From contig NC_086107.1 in the NCBI RefSeq assembly GCF_963921235.1, forward strand, positions 95,606,001 to 95,670,000: a DNA stretch of 64,000 nucleotides, written 5' to 3'. The notes below the pieces were generated by a model. It did not search any database and was not told where the DNA came from. It saw only the letters and a program-made list of their open reading frames with translations. This document shows, in pieces, positions 1 to 12,059 of this stretch. How positions within the stretch are numbered: position 1 is the first letter of the stretch; each line of letters starts with the position of its first letter. The translations under genes were made by a program, and so were the position numbers. This stretch comes from Mobula hypostoma (lineage: Eukaryota).

Positions 1-484
1 GTGCAAGTGAGGTTTGTCAGGATGCTGCCTAGCTTGGAAGATGTGCTCAGAGGAAAGGTTGGTCAAGCTGAGACTGTTTTCTCTAGTGCGACAGAGACCA
101 TTTGATAAAAGTTTATACGACTATGCAAGAGACATAGAGTACATAGAGTGGACAGGTATTATCATTTTTCATGACTGAAATGTCTAGTTCTAGATGGTAT
201 GTATTTAAGGTGAGAGAGGGAACGTACCAAAGAAGCTGTGTGAGGCAAGTATTTTACACAGTGTTGAGCATGGAATGCACTGCTAAGGGTGGTGGTAGAG
301 GCAGATAGCATAGGTGCGATTAAGAGACTTAGGCATATGAATATGCAGAGAAGGGAGTGCTATGGTCAATATACAGGGAATAGGTTTAAATTAATCGTGA
401 GTCATTGATCTAATTTCTTCAGTACAACATTGTTGGGTGAGGGGTTGTGCTATTTTGTTCTGTTTTCTATCCTATCTTGCTTAT

Positions 485-785
485 GCAACACATAAAATGT
501 TGGAGGAACTCAGCAGATCAGGCAGTATCTAGGGAAGGAAATGAACAGCTAATATTTCAGACCAAGACCCTTCAGTAGGACTGGAAAAGAAGAAAGCAGA
601 AGCCAGAATAAAAAGGTAGGTGGAGGTAGAGGAGCACATAGTGAGGGGGTGAAAGTCTGTGGGTGGGGGAGAGGAAATGAAAGGGAATGGTGTGAGAAGC
701 TAAGAGGTGATAGGTGGAAGAGGGAAAGGGCTGAAAGAGGAATGATAAGAGAGGACAGTAGACATGGATTAAAGGGAAGGAGGTG
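485..785 (-). mobile_element. Decayed Penelope-derived 3' region
   Basis: GGAGGAACTCAGCAGATCAGGCAG head and purine-rich body like 49893-50270. Confidence 0.6.
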
Positions 786-810
786 CTTACATTTTTTTTC
801 TGTTTTGCAG

Positions 811-872
811 GCAAATTAGAACTGCGTTTTGAAGAGCTATTTTCGAGTGAGCAAAAGCATGAAGGAAACATT
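811..872 (+). CDS. Probable internal exon of the KASH gene (KLELRFEELFSSEQKHEGNI)
   Basis: Very strong acceptor ttttttttctgttttgcag and a single open frame. Donor ATT|GTTAGT gives phase 0, compatible with 8486. The 3' boundary is uncertain (alternative GTGAGC at 847). Confidence 0.55.
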
Positions 873-1204
873 GTTAGTAAATTCATCGATGGCAGAGATT
901 TACATCTCATTGTATTTAATTTCTTGCTTTGTGTAAAATTACTTGTCTTAATTTAGGACTGTGGTTTTGCATTTGGATAAGCTGTGCCTCTAACATGAAA
1001 AAAAATGGTTCACAAATAGCTGCTTAAAGAAAATGAACAGTAAACTGAAGAAAGGATTAAAATGTGGTTAACCGAAACGGGTTTGAGGAAGTTTGTAAAT
1101 ATAAATGGAGAGAATGATTCCAAGAGAAAGACCAATTGAACTGAATGTTTTGCCACTAGTAGCATATCAGAGGGATATGGTATTTTTAAAATTTATTCAT
1201 AGAT

Positions 1205-1472
1205 ACAGTGCGAGATAGGCCCTTCAAGCTGCACTGCCAGCAACCCCCGGTTTAACCCTAGCCTAATCACAGGACAATTTATAATGACAAATTAGCCTAC
1301 TAACTGGTAGGCCTTTGATCTGTGGGAGGAAACTGGAGCACCCAGAGGAAACCCACATATTACACAGGGAAGACGTACAAATCCCTTACAGGGGATGCTG
1401 GGATTGAACTCCGTACTCCAATGCCTCAAGCTGTAATAGCATTATGCTAACAGTCACGCTGCCATGGCACCC
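1205..1472 (-). mobile_element. tRNA-derived V-SINE-like element
   Basis: Minus strand has GTTCAATCCC (B box) and GGGTTTCCTCTGGGTGCTCCAGTTTCCTCCCACA (V-domain-like). Confidence 0.7.
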
Positions 1473-1699
1473 ATATACATAAAACAATGTTTAAATGGGC
1501 ATAATGGATAGGAGTAGCTATTATGGAACAATGTTGAGTTATGAGGCCAGGGATCATAAATATAATTTTGACCAATCATATTGAAGAAATAACAAATGAT
1601 TTCATAGTCTGAATGGTAAGTGACTTGTAGGCCTGTTGCTTAAAATCGGTTTATTATAGTTGCATGTATTGAGGTTTATTTAAAAAAAAAAGTAATTTT

Positions 1700-4510
1700 C
1701 TTTTTCATGCCAACCATGCAGATCATTTCACTGCATCAGTATGTCGAGGTAGTACAAGCGAAAACAATGACAGAAAATAGGATATAGTTCTACAGTTGCA
1801 GCAAAAGTGTAGGCAGACAATAAAGTTGCATGCGATTTTGAGGTTAAGAGTCCACCTTTATCATACAAGAGGTTTGCTCACTGGTCTTGTTAGAGTGGGA
1901 TAGAAGCAATCTTTGGGCCTGGTGGTGTGTGATTTCAGGCTTTTACGTCTTCTGCCTGATGGCAGGGGTTGTTGGAAGAAGAGAAAATGCCTGAGGTGGG
2001 AGTGGTCTGACGATGTTGGCTGCTTTTCCAAGGCAGCGGGAATGATAGACAGTCACGGTTTCTGTGATCTGTTTACAATTCTGTGCAGTTTCTTGTGGTT
2101 TAGGGCAGAGCATTTGCCATACAACCCTATTGCATCTGGATAGTATGCTTTCTATGGTGCATCTGTAAAAATTGGTGAGGCAGTGGGATGTACTAAATTT
2201 CTTTAGGCTGCTGATATACTTTGCTGACCATGGCATTTGCATGGTTGGACCATGACAAACTATTGGTAATATTTATGCTTAGCAACTTGAAGCTCTCAAC
2301 CACCTCCACATCAGCATCAATATGAGCAACACCTCGCTTTCTGAAATCAATGATTAACTCTTGCTGATATTGAGGGAAAAGTCTCAGATCAGTTTTCAGG
2401 GTTCTTGAGGGCATTTTATCCACTCTCTACTTCAGTCTGAGGCTCCCACCTGCTAAAAGAAAAATTCTATTGTCCTGGTAAGAGAATAAGTTGCATGCCT
2501 TAATGATTATTGCTTGGTAGCTCTGACATCCATCATCATGAAGTGCTTTGAAAGGCTGGTCATCCTCCTGGTTCCATTCTCCTAGGTAACCTCAATCTAC
2601 TGCAATTCACCTACCACCATAACAGGCCCATGGTGGGCATCATCTTTCTGGCTCTATATTAATCACTGGAGCATCTGGATAACAAAAACTGCTGTTTATC
2701 CAATACAGCTCTCCTTCAATACCATAATTCCAAGTAAACTCATCTAAAAACTCATAGACTCAGCATTCAATACCTTCCTTTTCAACTTCCTGACAATGTA
2801 TGACCCCTGCCAATAAGGCTGTGTCCTCAGCTCCTTACTGTACTCCTGATACGCTCACTGCTGTGTAGTCAGGTACAGCTGTAATGCCATCAATAAGTTT
2901 GCAAATGATACCACCATAGTGGGCTGTATGTCAAATAACAATGAATCAATACAGGAAGAAGGTAGAGAGCCTAGTGACATGATATCATGACAACAACCTT
3001 TACTTCTATGTCAGCAAACAAAAAGAGCTGGTTCAGGACTTCAGGAAGTGGTGGGGAGGTGGGGTGTTAGTATACATGCTTTTGTTTATATCAGGTTGAG
3101 AGCTTCAGATTTCTAGGAGTGAACATCACCAGTCACCTAACCAGGTCAGACCACATTGATACAATAGACAAGAAAGCTCACCAGAGTACCTCTGCTTTCT
3201 CAGGTGTCCAATGAAAGTTGGCATGTCCCCTTTGACCCTCAACAATTTTAATCAATACACTGTAGAATTCAAAGTAAATTTATGTCACCATATACAAATC
3301 TGATATAAGTTTTCTAGCGAAAATTCACAGTAAGTAAAAAGAAACAAAATAAAGCAAAATGATAAATAATATCAAGAACATGAGATGAAGAGTACTTGAA
3401 AGCGAATCAATAGGTTGTGGGAACAGTTGAGTGAAGTTATTCCCTCTGATTCAAAATGATAGTTATGGGGTAATAGCTGTTTCAGAACTTGGTGGTGTGG
3501 GTCCTGAGACTTCTTTACCTCCTTCCTAATGCCAGCAGTGAGAAGACAGCAGGGCCTGTTTAATGGGGGGTTTCTAATGATGGATGCTGCTTTTCTAAGA
3601 TAGCATTCCATGCAGATGTGCTCAGTGGTTGGGAGGGTTTTACTTGTGATGATCTGGGCTATGTCCACTACTTTTTGTAGGTTTTTCTGTTTCAAGGTAT
3701 TGGTGTTTCCATGCCAGGCTGTGATGCAACCCATTAATATACTCTGCACTGCACATCTATAGAAGTTTGTCAGAAGTTTTGGATGATATGCCAAATCTTT
3801 GCAAACTTCTTAGGAAGTAGAGGCTCTACTTGTAATGGTGTTTACGTGCTGGACCCAGGACAGATCCTCTGAAATGCCTACAGCAAGGAATTTAAAGTTG
3901 CTGATCCTCTCCACCTCTGATCCCCCAATGAGGACTGGCTCATGGACTTCCAGTTACCTCTTCCTGAAGTCAATAAGCAGCTCCTTGGCCTTGCTGATAT
4001 TCAGTGAGAGGGGTGCATCTCAAATGCATCACGATTTAGTATGGCAGTTATTCTGCCTGAGATCACAATAAACAGTGGAGGAGATCACAGAAACCAGCCT
4101 TCCCTCTGTGGACCCTGTTTACACTTCTCACTGCATCAGGAAAGGAGCCAACATAATCAAAGACTCCACACACCCTGGACATTCTCGCTTCTCTCCCTCC
4201 CATCAGGTAGGACATAAAAATGCCTGAAAGCTCATACCACCAGTCCCAAGGACAGTTTCTATCCTGCTGTTATAAGTCTATTGAATGGTTTCCTAGTACA
4301 ATAAGAATAGACCCTTGACCTCGCAATCCACTTTGTTATGATTTTACACCTTACTCCTGCATTGCACCTCAGTTGTAACTGTGGCATTATATTCTGCATT
4401 CTTATTATTTCCCCATGTACTATGTCAATGCACTGATGTTCTGTATGGATGGTATAAATATAAAGGTTTTCATTGTACCTTGACACATGTGACAGTAATA
4501 AACTAATTCA
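1700..4510. mobile_element. Cluster of decayed Rex/Babar-like LINE 3' fragments in both orientations
   Basis: Repeated TNFYRC.IESIL.GCITAW-like remnants (ORFs 1943-2242 and 3372-3794) and an RT remnant at ~2470-3270. Confidence 0.65.
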
Positions 4511-4639
4511 CTAATTTAAAATAGGTTGTCTCTAGGACATTGTTTTGTTTAACACCTACAGTGATATCCTGAGGCAGAAGCAATTAACTTAAACTGGCCA
4601 TCTTGTTTTGTGCAAGTTATGTATGACTGCATAGATGTA

Positions 4640-7600
4640 CAATTATATAACACAGGTACAGGCCCTTCAGAACACCATGTCAATGGTTATTTGTTTTGCC
4701 CATCTATATATTAATCCCATTAAAAACATCCTCCTATGCTTTGCCTACTTAAGTGTCTGTCTAAATTTAATTAAATATACTGATTATCTGTGATTCTACC
4801 ACCTCCACTGGCAACATTTTTTAGAAATCAATCACTCCCTGTTTATAAAATACTTGCCTTTCAGATATCCTTTCAAACTTTCCTCTCATTTTCCACCAAT
4901 GCTTCCTTGCTTTTTATATCCTATCCATTGGAAAAGAATTTTAGCCAACCACTGTATGTTTTCTGCTCATAATCTTACATGTATCTTTTGCCCAACCTAT
5001 CCAATCACTCATCATAACTAAATCCATCCAATCCAAGCAACAATGTAGTGCATCCCCTCTACATTCTTCTGTGCAGTCACATCCTTCCTGTAGGACGGCA
5101 AGTAGAACAGCACAAAGGAAATATAATTTTCTGCTGATCCTCATTGGCTTCAATTTGACTAGAATAGAGTCAGACAGCATGAAAATAGGCCCCTCAGTCC
5201 AACTGGCTCACATTCATATATGTTTAAATAACGAAGAACAAGAGTCCCAACCACTTCCTCTGGCAGGTCTTTCCATATGTACACCTCACTTGGGTGAACA
5301 AATTGCCCCTTAGATCCTATTAAATCTCTGACTGCTTTCCTTAAACCAATGTCTTTTAGTTCTTGATTTTCCAAATTAGGGTTAAAGACTACACATTCAT
5401 AGTCATAGAGCAATACAACACAGATTCTGGTTTGTTGTCCCTGCCATTCAATTACAGTGAATGTGAGAGAGGAATTAAAAGATCTTCAGTAGATACAGGC
5501 CCTTCAACCTGTCTAGGCCAAACTGATAGTCCACCCAGCTAGCCCCAATTTCCTCTGTTTGACACAAATCCCTTAAGTCCCATATGTCCATGTACCTATC
5601 TAAGTGATCTTAAATGATATTGTATCTGCCGTAATCAATTATTTGAAAGCTTATTCCATACACTCACCATCCCTCAGGTCCCTTTTAAATCTTTCCCCTC
5701 TCATCCTAATCCTATGACCTAACTTTGTTTATTGACTTGCGCAAACAACAAATTTCATGACATTTGTCTGAGACAATAAACCTGATTCTAATTCTGACTC
5801 CTAAATTTGGACATCCCCTACCCTGGGGAAAAATACCATCCTTCTTATTGATGCCTTTCATATTTAAATATTTCTACAAGGCTCCCTCTTCACCCTTCCA
5901 GTTCTCCTACATTCCAAGGAATAAAAACCTAATTTGGTTAACCTCTTCCTATAACTCAGGCCCTTTAGTCCTGGCAACATCCTTCTGAATATTTTATGTA
6001 CTCTTTCCAGTTTAACCATATCTTTCCCTGATTAGGCCTTGTGTATTTGCACCCAAATCATTTATATAAATAGCAAATAACAAGAGTCCCAACACAAATC
6101 CCGGCAGTTTACCACTTGTCACCGGACTCCATTCCAAGAAACAACCTTCAACCACCACCCTCTGTTTCCCACCTCCGAGCCAATTTTGATTGCAGTAACT
6201 AGCTGTCCTTGAATTTTGTGGGACATAAGCTGTCTTACCAGCCTACTGTGTGGGACATTGTCAAAAGCCTTGTCCCGTCAGTAGGCTGGTACAAACAGAC
6301 AGCATTGGTTGTCCTACCCCCATCTTTTGGTTACATCTTCAAAAAACTCTAAAGATAACGTCAAACATGACTTTTCATGTACAAACCCATTTTGAGTTCT
6401 CCTAATCAGATCCAAATTCTGGTAGAAGCTATTCCTCAGAATTTCCTCTAGTAACTTCCCAGCCATTGACGTCAGAGTAACTGACCTTTAGTTTCTTAGC
6501 TTGTCCTTGACACCCTTCTTAAATAATGGAATAACATTTAGCCACCTTACAGTCTTCAGGAACTTCACCAGTGGCTAATGATGAATCAAATACTCTGCAA
6601 GGACTTCCATAATTTCTTCTCTAGCATCTCACAAAGGTCCGAAATGCACTCAGTCAGGCCCTGGGGGATTTACTGATCTTAATGTGCTGATAATTTGCAA
6701 ATACCTCCCTCCTGATATATGACTGTTCCCAAAACATCTCCACTTGTTCCTTTTATCTCTTGAGCAACCATGAATTTCTTTTTAGTAAACACTGAAGGAA
6801 AATATTTGTTAAAAATCCCACTCAACTTCTGTGGCTTGAAACATAGGCAGCCCTGCTGATCTCTAAACCACCCTTTTTCACTTAATATATCTATAGAATC
6901 TCGGGATTTTTCTTAATCTTTCCTGCCGGATCCATCTCATATCCTCCTTTTGCTCTCCTGATTTCCTGCTTAAGTGTTCTTTTTATCATCATCATCAAAA
7001 GATTGACACATCCCCAACCTCCTAAACACAATGTATCCTTTCTTTCTTGACCAGAGCCTCAACAACTCTTGTCAGCCAGGGATCCATTAATGGTTAGTTA
7101 CTTTTTTCACTAATAGGAACATGTTGTTCCTGGACTCTTGATACCCCACTGTTAAAAGCCTCCCACTTGCCATTTGTTTCTTTCCCTTCAAACAGACTCA
7201 CCCAGTTGACCTCTACTTCATCCTGCCTAATTCCCTCAAAATTTTCTGTGCTTCAGTTTAGGACCCAGTCTGTGGCACTGTCCTTTACCATCACTATGTT
7301 AAAACTGATAGAATTATAGTTGCTGGAACCAAAGTGCCTCCTGTTTGCCAGTTCAGTTCCATGCTCTACCTCATTCCCTAACAGGAAGTCCAGTATTGCA
7401 TCCTCCAAGTATGACCCTCAAGTATCAAGTCCCATCACTATTCACCCTATCTATACCCTCATAATTTTATCACTGTTATAAGATTGCCCCTCATTTTGTT
7501 GCACCTCAACCACTTCCTCCAGCAGCTGTTTCCATATACTGACCATTCTCTGGATGACCCTCAGTTCCAATGAAATCTTTCCTTCTATGTCCTCCAAATA

Positions 7601-7870
7601 TTGATTTTCTAACCCTGAGAAAAAGTCTGTACATATTCACTCTGCCTATGGCTAATGATTTTATACACCTCTAAAACATCACCCCACATTCTCCTATGCT
7701 CCATTGAAAATAAATCCCAGCCTTATCAACCTCTCTCTAACTCAGTCCCTCAAGCCGTGGCAACATTCTTCGTAAATGTCCTTTGTACTACTGTACTATT
7801 TTCAGCTTAATGGTGCATTTCATAATGCAGAGTGACCAAAACTGAAGACAGTATTCTGAATACGGCCTAC
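4640..7870 (-). mobile_element. Stack of decayed CR1 fragments
   Basis: Recurrent reverse-complement similarity to the CR1 at 12060-16164 (RT region and 3' tail). Confidence 0.65.
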
Positions 7871-8485
7871 CATACTTCATAAGGTACCTTCAGTCCTTTC
7901 AGGCTCTGTTTTCACTCATTGCTTTGAGAATGGTGCATCAGGTGTTGACTCCTCATAGTATCATTTGCATTCCTGAATCAAATCAGCCAATGAATGCCTA
8001 CAAATAACTACATTTTGATCCTAATATTGAAACTTCATGTTAACAAAGTCATTTTTTGTGAACTGTAGAGCACATATTCTTCTTTTTGTTCACCAGAGTC
8101 AGAATTAATTACTGCCTTCATGCATTTTTGTGCCCCCCTGGCTTTTAATGGACAATAGCTGACGTGGAGATTAAAAGTGGACATTATTAGTCTCAGCTCT
8201 TTTGGAAACGTGAAATAAACACTGCCTAGAGTGCCCAGTGGTTTCCTTGCTGAGCTAAGGTTTGCTGCCTAGGTTGCTGTAGATTGCTAAAATTAGGTTT
8301 TAAAAATTAATTGGTGTGCTGTCAGTGTTGAAATCTGATAACTTTGTTAATAGTTATAGTCAACATTGTACATTGAAGAGAGTAGTGCCTTGTGACTTAC
8401 TTCCAGAACTAGATTACAGATTGAAACATTTCTGAAAATTTCATTGACTGCTTGATAATTTACTTTTTTCATTTTAATTTAATAG

Positions 8486-8541
8486 TGCATCAGATGGAAT
8501 GTGATGCAGACAGAGTTGGCAGCATCAGCAACTGATGTGAA
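8486..8541 (+). CDS. Probable penultimate exon of the KASH gene (CIRWNVMQTELAASATDV-K)
   Basis: Acceptor ttttttcattttaatttaatag and donor AA|GTGAGT inside a repeat-free island. Only one frame is open and it ends in phase 2, as needed to join 28752 in the KASH frame. Confidence 0.7.
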
Positions 8542-9159
8542 GTGAGTACTTATGTTTTTATTAGTCTGAGCTGTCATTTTCTGTTGTATATCCATATGTC
8601 AGATTGAATGCCAAATTTTAACTGACTGGCAGTGTTTTAAAGAAACATATTTTGTTTCAACTGCAAATGTAAGCAAATGATATCACATGAAACCTGCTCT
8701 AGAATTTAATTTGGTATGAAGTACAATTAAAAAGTAGCAATATTGAGACTTTTGATGTTCTCTATTTTGTCGAATATCCCAACTTTGTTCACTGCTTTTT
8801 AGGGTTCAAACTAATTGAGCATGTAGATGTGCCCAACAAAGTTTGCAATATCCACTGCCTTGTTTTCATCAACTTTCCTGATAACCTCTTCAAAAAACTC
8901 TATAAGGTCGGTTAGACATGACTTACCATGCACAAAGCCATGTTAATGATCCCTTATCAGCCCCTGCATATCCAAATACTGACAAATATGGTTCCTTGGA
9001 ATACTTTCCGATAACTTAACCACTGCTGATGTCAGTCTAACCAGCCTATAATTTCCAAGTTTATTTTTAAGCTGTTCTTAAACAACAGAACAACGTTAGT
9101 TATCCTCCAAACCTCCTGCATGTCACCTGTGGTTAAGGATGTTTTAAATTCCTCTGCTA

Positions 9160-9331
9160 TGACTTATATTTGGAATTAATTTAGATCACTTTGTAGAGAT
9201 CTGTTTTCACTTTGACATGAGTCTTTTTCTGTTGTCAAAAAGCCAAATTAGATCCACTGTGATTCAATGCTGTGAAAACAATAAAACATGAAAGCCTCCA
9301 AGTGGGGTGAATACATTTTATAGGCACTGTA
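9160..9331 (+). mobile_element. Tc1-like terminal inverted repeat remnant
   Basis: Ends GGGGTGAATACATTTTATAGGCACTG followed by TA, typical of Tc1 ends. Confidence 0.55.
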
Positions 9332-10139
9332 GATGATCATGTTGATCTTTGAAGACCAATTTTATCCCTTGCTATGCTTTTGCTTTCAATAGATCAGCAA
9401 AGCCTTTGGGATTCTTCTTTACTTTGTCTGCTAGACCAACCTCATGTCTTCTTCTAGCCATCCTAATTTCCCTCTTAATTATTCTCTTGCATTTCTTACT
9501 GTCCTTGAGTACCTCATTTGTATCTTGCTGCTTATAACTGCTATGCACCTCCTCCTTCTTAACAAGGGCCTCAATATATTTCGAAAATGAAGGTTCCCTA
9601 AACCTGTTAGTCTTGCTTTTATTCTGACAGGAACATGTAAACCCTATACTTTCAAAAATTCACTTTTGAAGACCTCACACTTACCAAGCACACCTTTACC
9701 AGAAAACAAACTGTCCCAATCCATACTTGCCAGATCCTTTCTGATGCTATTAAAATTGGTGTTTCTCTGATTTAGAATCTCAACCTGAGAACCAGACCTA
9801 CCCTTCTCCATAATAATCTTGAAACTATTGCAATTATGATCACATGATCTAAAGTGATCCTGTATACACAGTTCTGTCGCTACCCTGTCTCATTCTCTAA
9901 TAGGAGATCCAGCATTGCACATTCTCCCTTTAATCCCACCCACTCAATCACATCTAAAGCAATGGAACCCTGGAACATTGCTCTGCCAACCCTGCCTCTT
10001 CTGCAACCAAGTCTCACTTATGTCATCTTTCCACGTGCTGATCCGTGTTCTAAGCTCATCTGACTTACTTACAAGACTCCCTATTATCTTCTAATTTCTA
10101 GTCTCACTACAACATGGCATGGGTAGCATCAATTGTTAC

Positions 10140-11210
10140 TGTTAGAACATGTGAAGAAGAGGTCTGCATACTCTGAAGGACCTCAGTCTCCTCAGGAAGT
10201 AGAGGTGACTCTGGCCCTTCTTGTACACAGCCTCTCTGTTGGTGCTCCACTCAAGTCTATCATCCAGCTGCACCCCCAGGTACTTGTAGGTCCTCACCAC
10301 CAATAGTACCAGGAAGCAATGCAGGCTTAGTCTTCGTAAAGTCCATCACCATCTCCTTTGTCTTACTGATGTTGAGCTGCAGATTCAGCTTGCACCAGGA
10401 CCCTGTATTCATCCTCCCATCCTCTCAACTATTGTTTAGGCCAAAAAATTTCTGCAAATAACATGACTCCATGTTGTATCTAAAGTCCAAGGTATACAGG
10501 GTAAACAGGAAGGAGGCCAATACAGTCCCCTGTGGCTCCAGTGCTGCTTATAGCTACGTCTGACACACAGCTCTGAAGCCACACAAACTGTGGTCTGCCA
10601 GTCAGGTAGTCCATTATCCAGGATACAATGGAAGTGCCAACCTGCATTGAATGGAGCTTTATCCCCAGCAATGAGAGTTACATGGTATTGAAGGCACTTG
10701 AGAAATCAAAAAACATAATCCTCACAGTATTGCCCTGCTTATCCAAATGGGAGTAGGCTCTGTTCAGCAGGTAGGTGACAGCAACTCCAATGTGCTCCTG
10801 GTAGGCAAACTGCAGGGGATCGAGGTCTGATCTGACCAGGGGTTGGAGGTGACCCAGGACTTAGCCTCTCTAGGGTCTTCATAATGTGTGACGTCAGGAC
10901 CACTGGATGGTAGTCATTCAAGACTTTTGGTTGACCCTTCTTGGGATTGGAACCACACATGATGTTTTCTACACAGTCAGGACCCTTTCCAGGCTGAGAC
11001 TCAGACTGAAAATGTGCTGGAGAACTCCACACAGCTGCTCAGCACACTCCTTCATGACCTTGGGGTTCACACCAACCAGTCCCAAAGCTTTGCTGTGTGA
11101 TTTTTCCCAGAGCCCTTCTCACCTGCTCAGTAGTGAAGGTGAGTGAGTCCATAATGACTGGGGAGTTGCTGGAAGGTAGAGACTGAAGGAGGTGAAGATC
11201 TGGACAATAG
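10140..11210 (-). mobile_element. Rex1/Babar-type LINE RT fragment
   Basis: LNDYHPVVLTSHIMKTLERL and WIMDYLTGRPQFV motifs. Confidence 0.8.
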
Positions 11211-12050
11211 CAGTTGATATGTGAAGGTGTGGATTGTCAATGGTACCAACATGGACCACAATCTCTGGCTGCTCACTCACCCTCCCACTTAAGAATACTA
11301 TGGACTTGGTCTGAGATATCATTGTCACTGGCACCTGGGAGGCACATACCATCTGGGAATCTTGTTCTTATCCACAGAATCTCCTGGCTGTTCCCCTAAC
11401 AAATGAATCATCTATCACTACAGCTCGCCTCTTCTCCCCCTTCCCTTCTGAGCCACAGAGGCAGACTCATTGGCAGAGACCTGACTGTTGTAGCTTTCCT
11501 GTGCTCTGTCATACCCCACCACCACCTTGCCAACAATATCCAAAGCAGTATATTATTGAGGTGAACGAACACAGTCGCATCCTACACTGTCTGCCTATAC
11601 CCTTGCCTCCACCGGAAGGTCACTCAGTTACCTGTGTCCTGCACCTTAGGACTACCTCCCTGTATCACTTGTAAATTAACTCCCCAGTCTCCTGAATGAT
11701 CTAGAGTTCATCCAGTTCCAGTTCCCTAACATGATCTGTAAGAAGCTGCAGTTGGATGCACTTCTTGCAGCTGTAGTCATCAGAGATACTGGAGGACACC
11801 CTGCCTTCCCACATTATGCAAGAGGAGCATTCCACTATCCTGCCTGGCATTCCCAGTGCTCTAAATGTGCAATAAAAAAGAAGGAAATTAAAAAAAAGAG
11901 AAAAATCTACCTACAGCCTCCTCCTCTCCTCACCGAAGCCTCTAAGAGTCAAAGTCTCAAGCTCTCCACTCTAATGCTGGCCCACTCGCACAATGACCAT
12001 TCCCACAGTGGCTGCTCTGCTTAATTCTATTGTTTTATTATTTATTGGCC
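11210..12050 (-). mobile_element. Degraded 5'/ORF1 region of a second CR1, head-to-head with the 12060 element
   Basis: Esterase remnant QPEIVVHVGT. Related ORF2 debris continues on the same strand at ~8820-10130. Confidence 0.7.
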
Positions 12051-12059
12051 ATTGTCAAA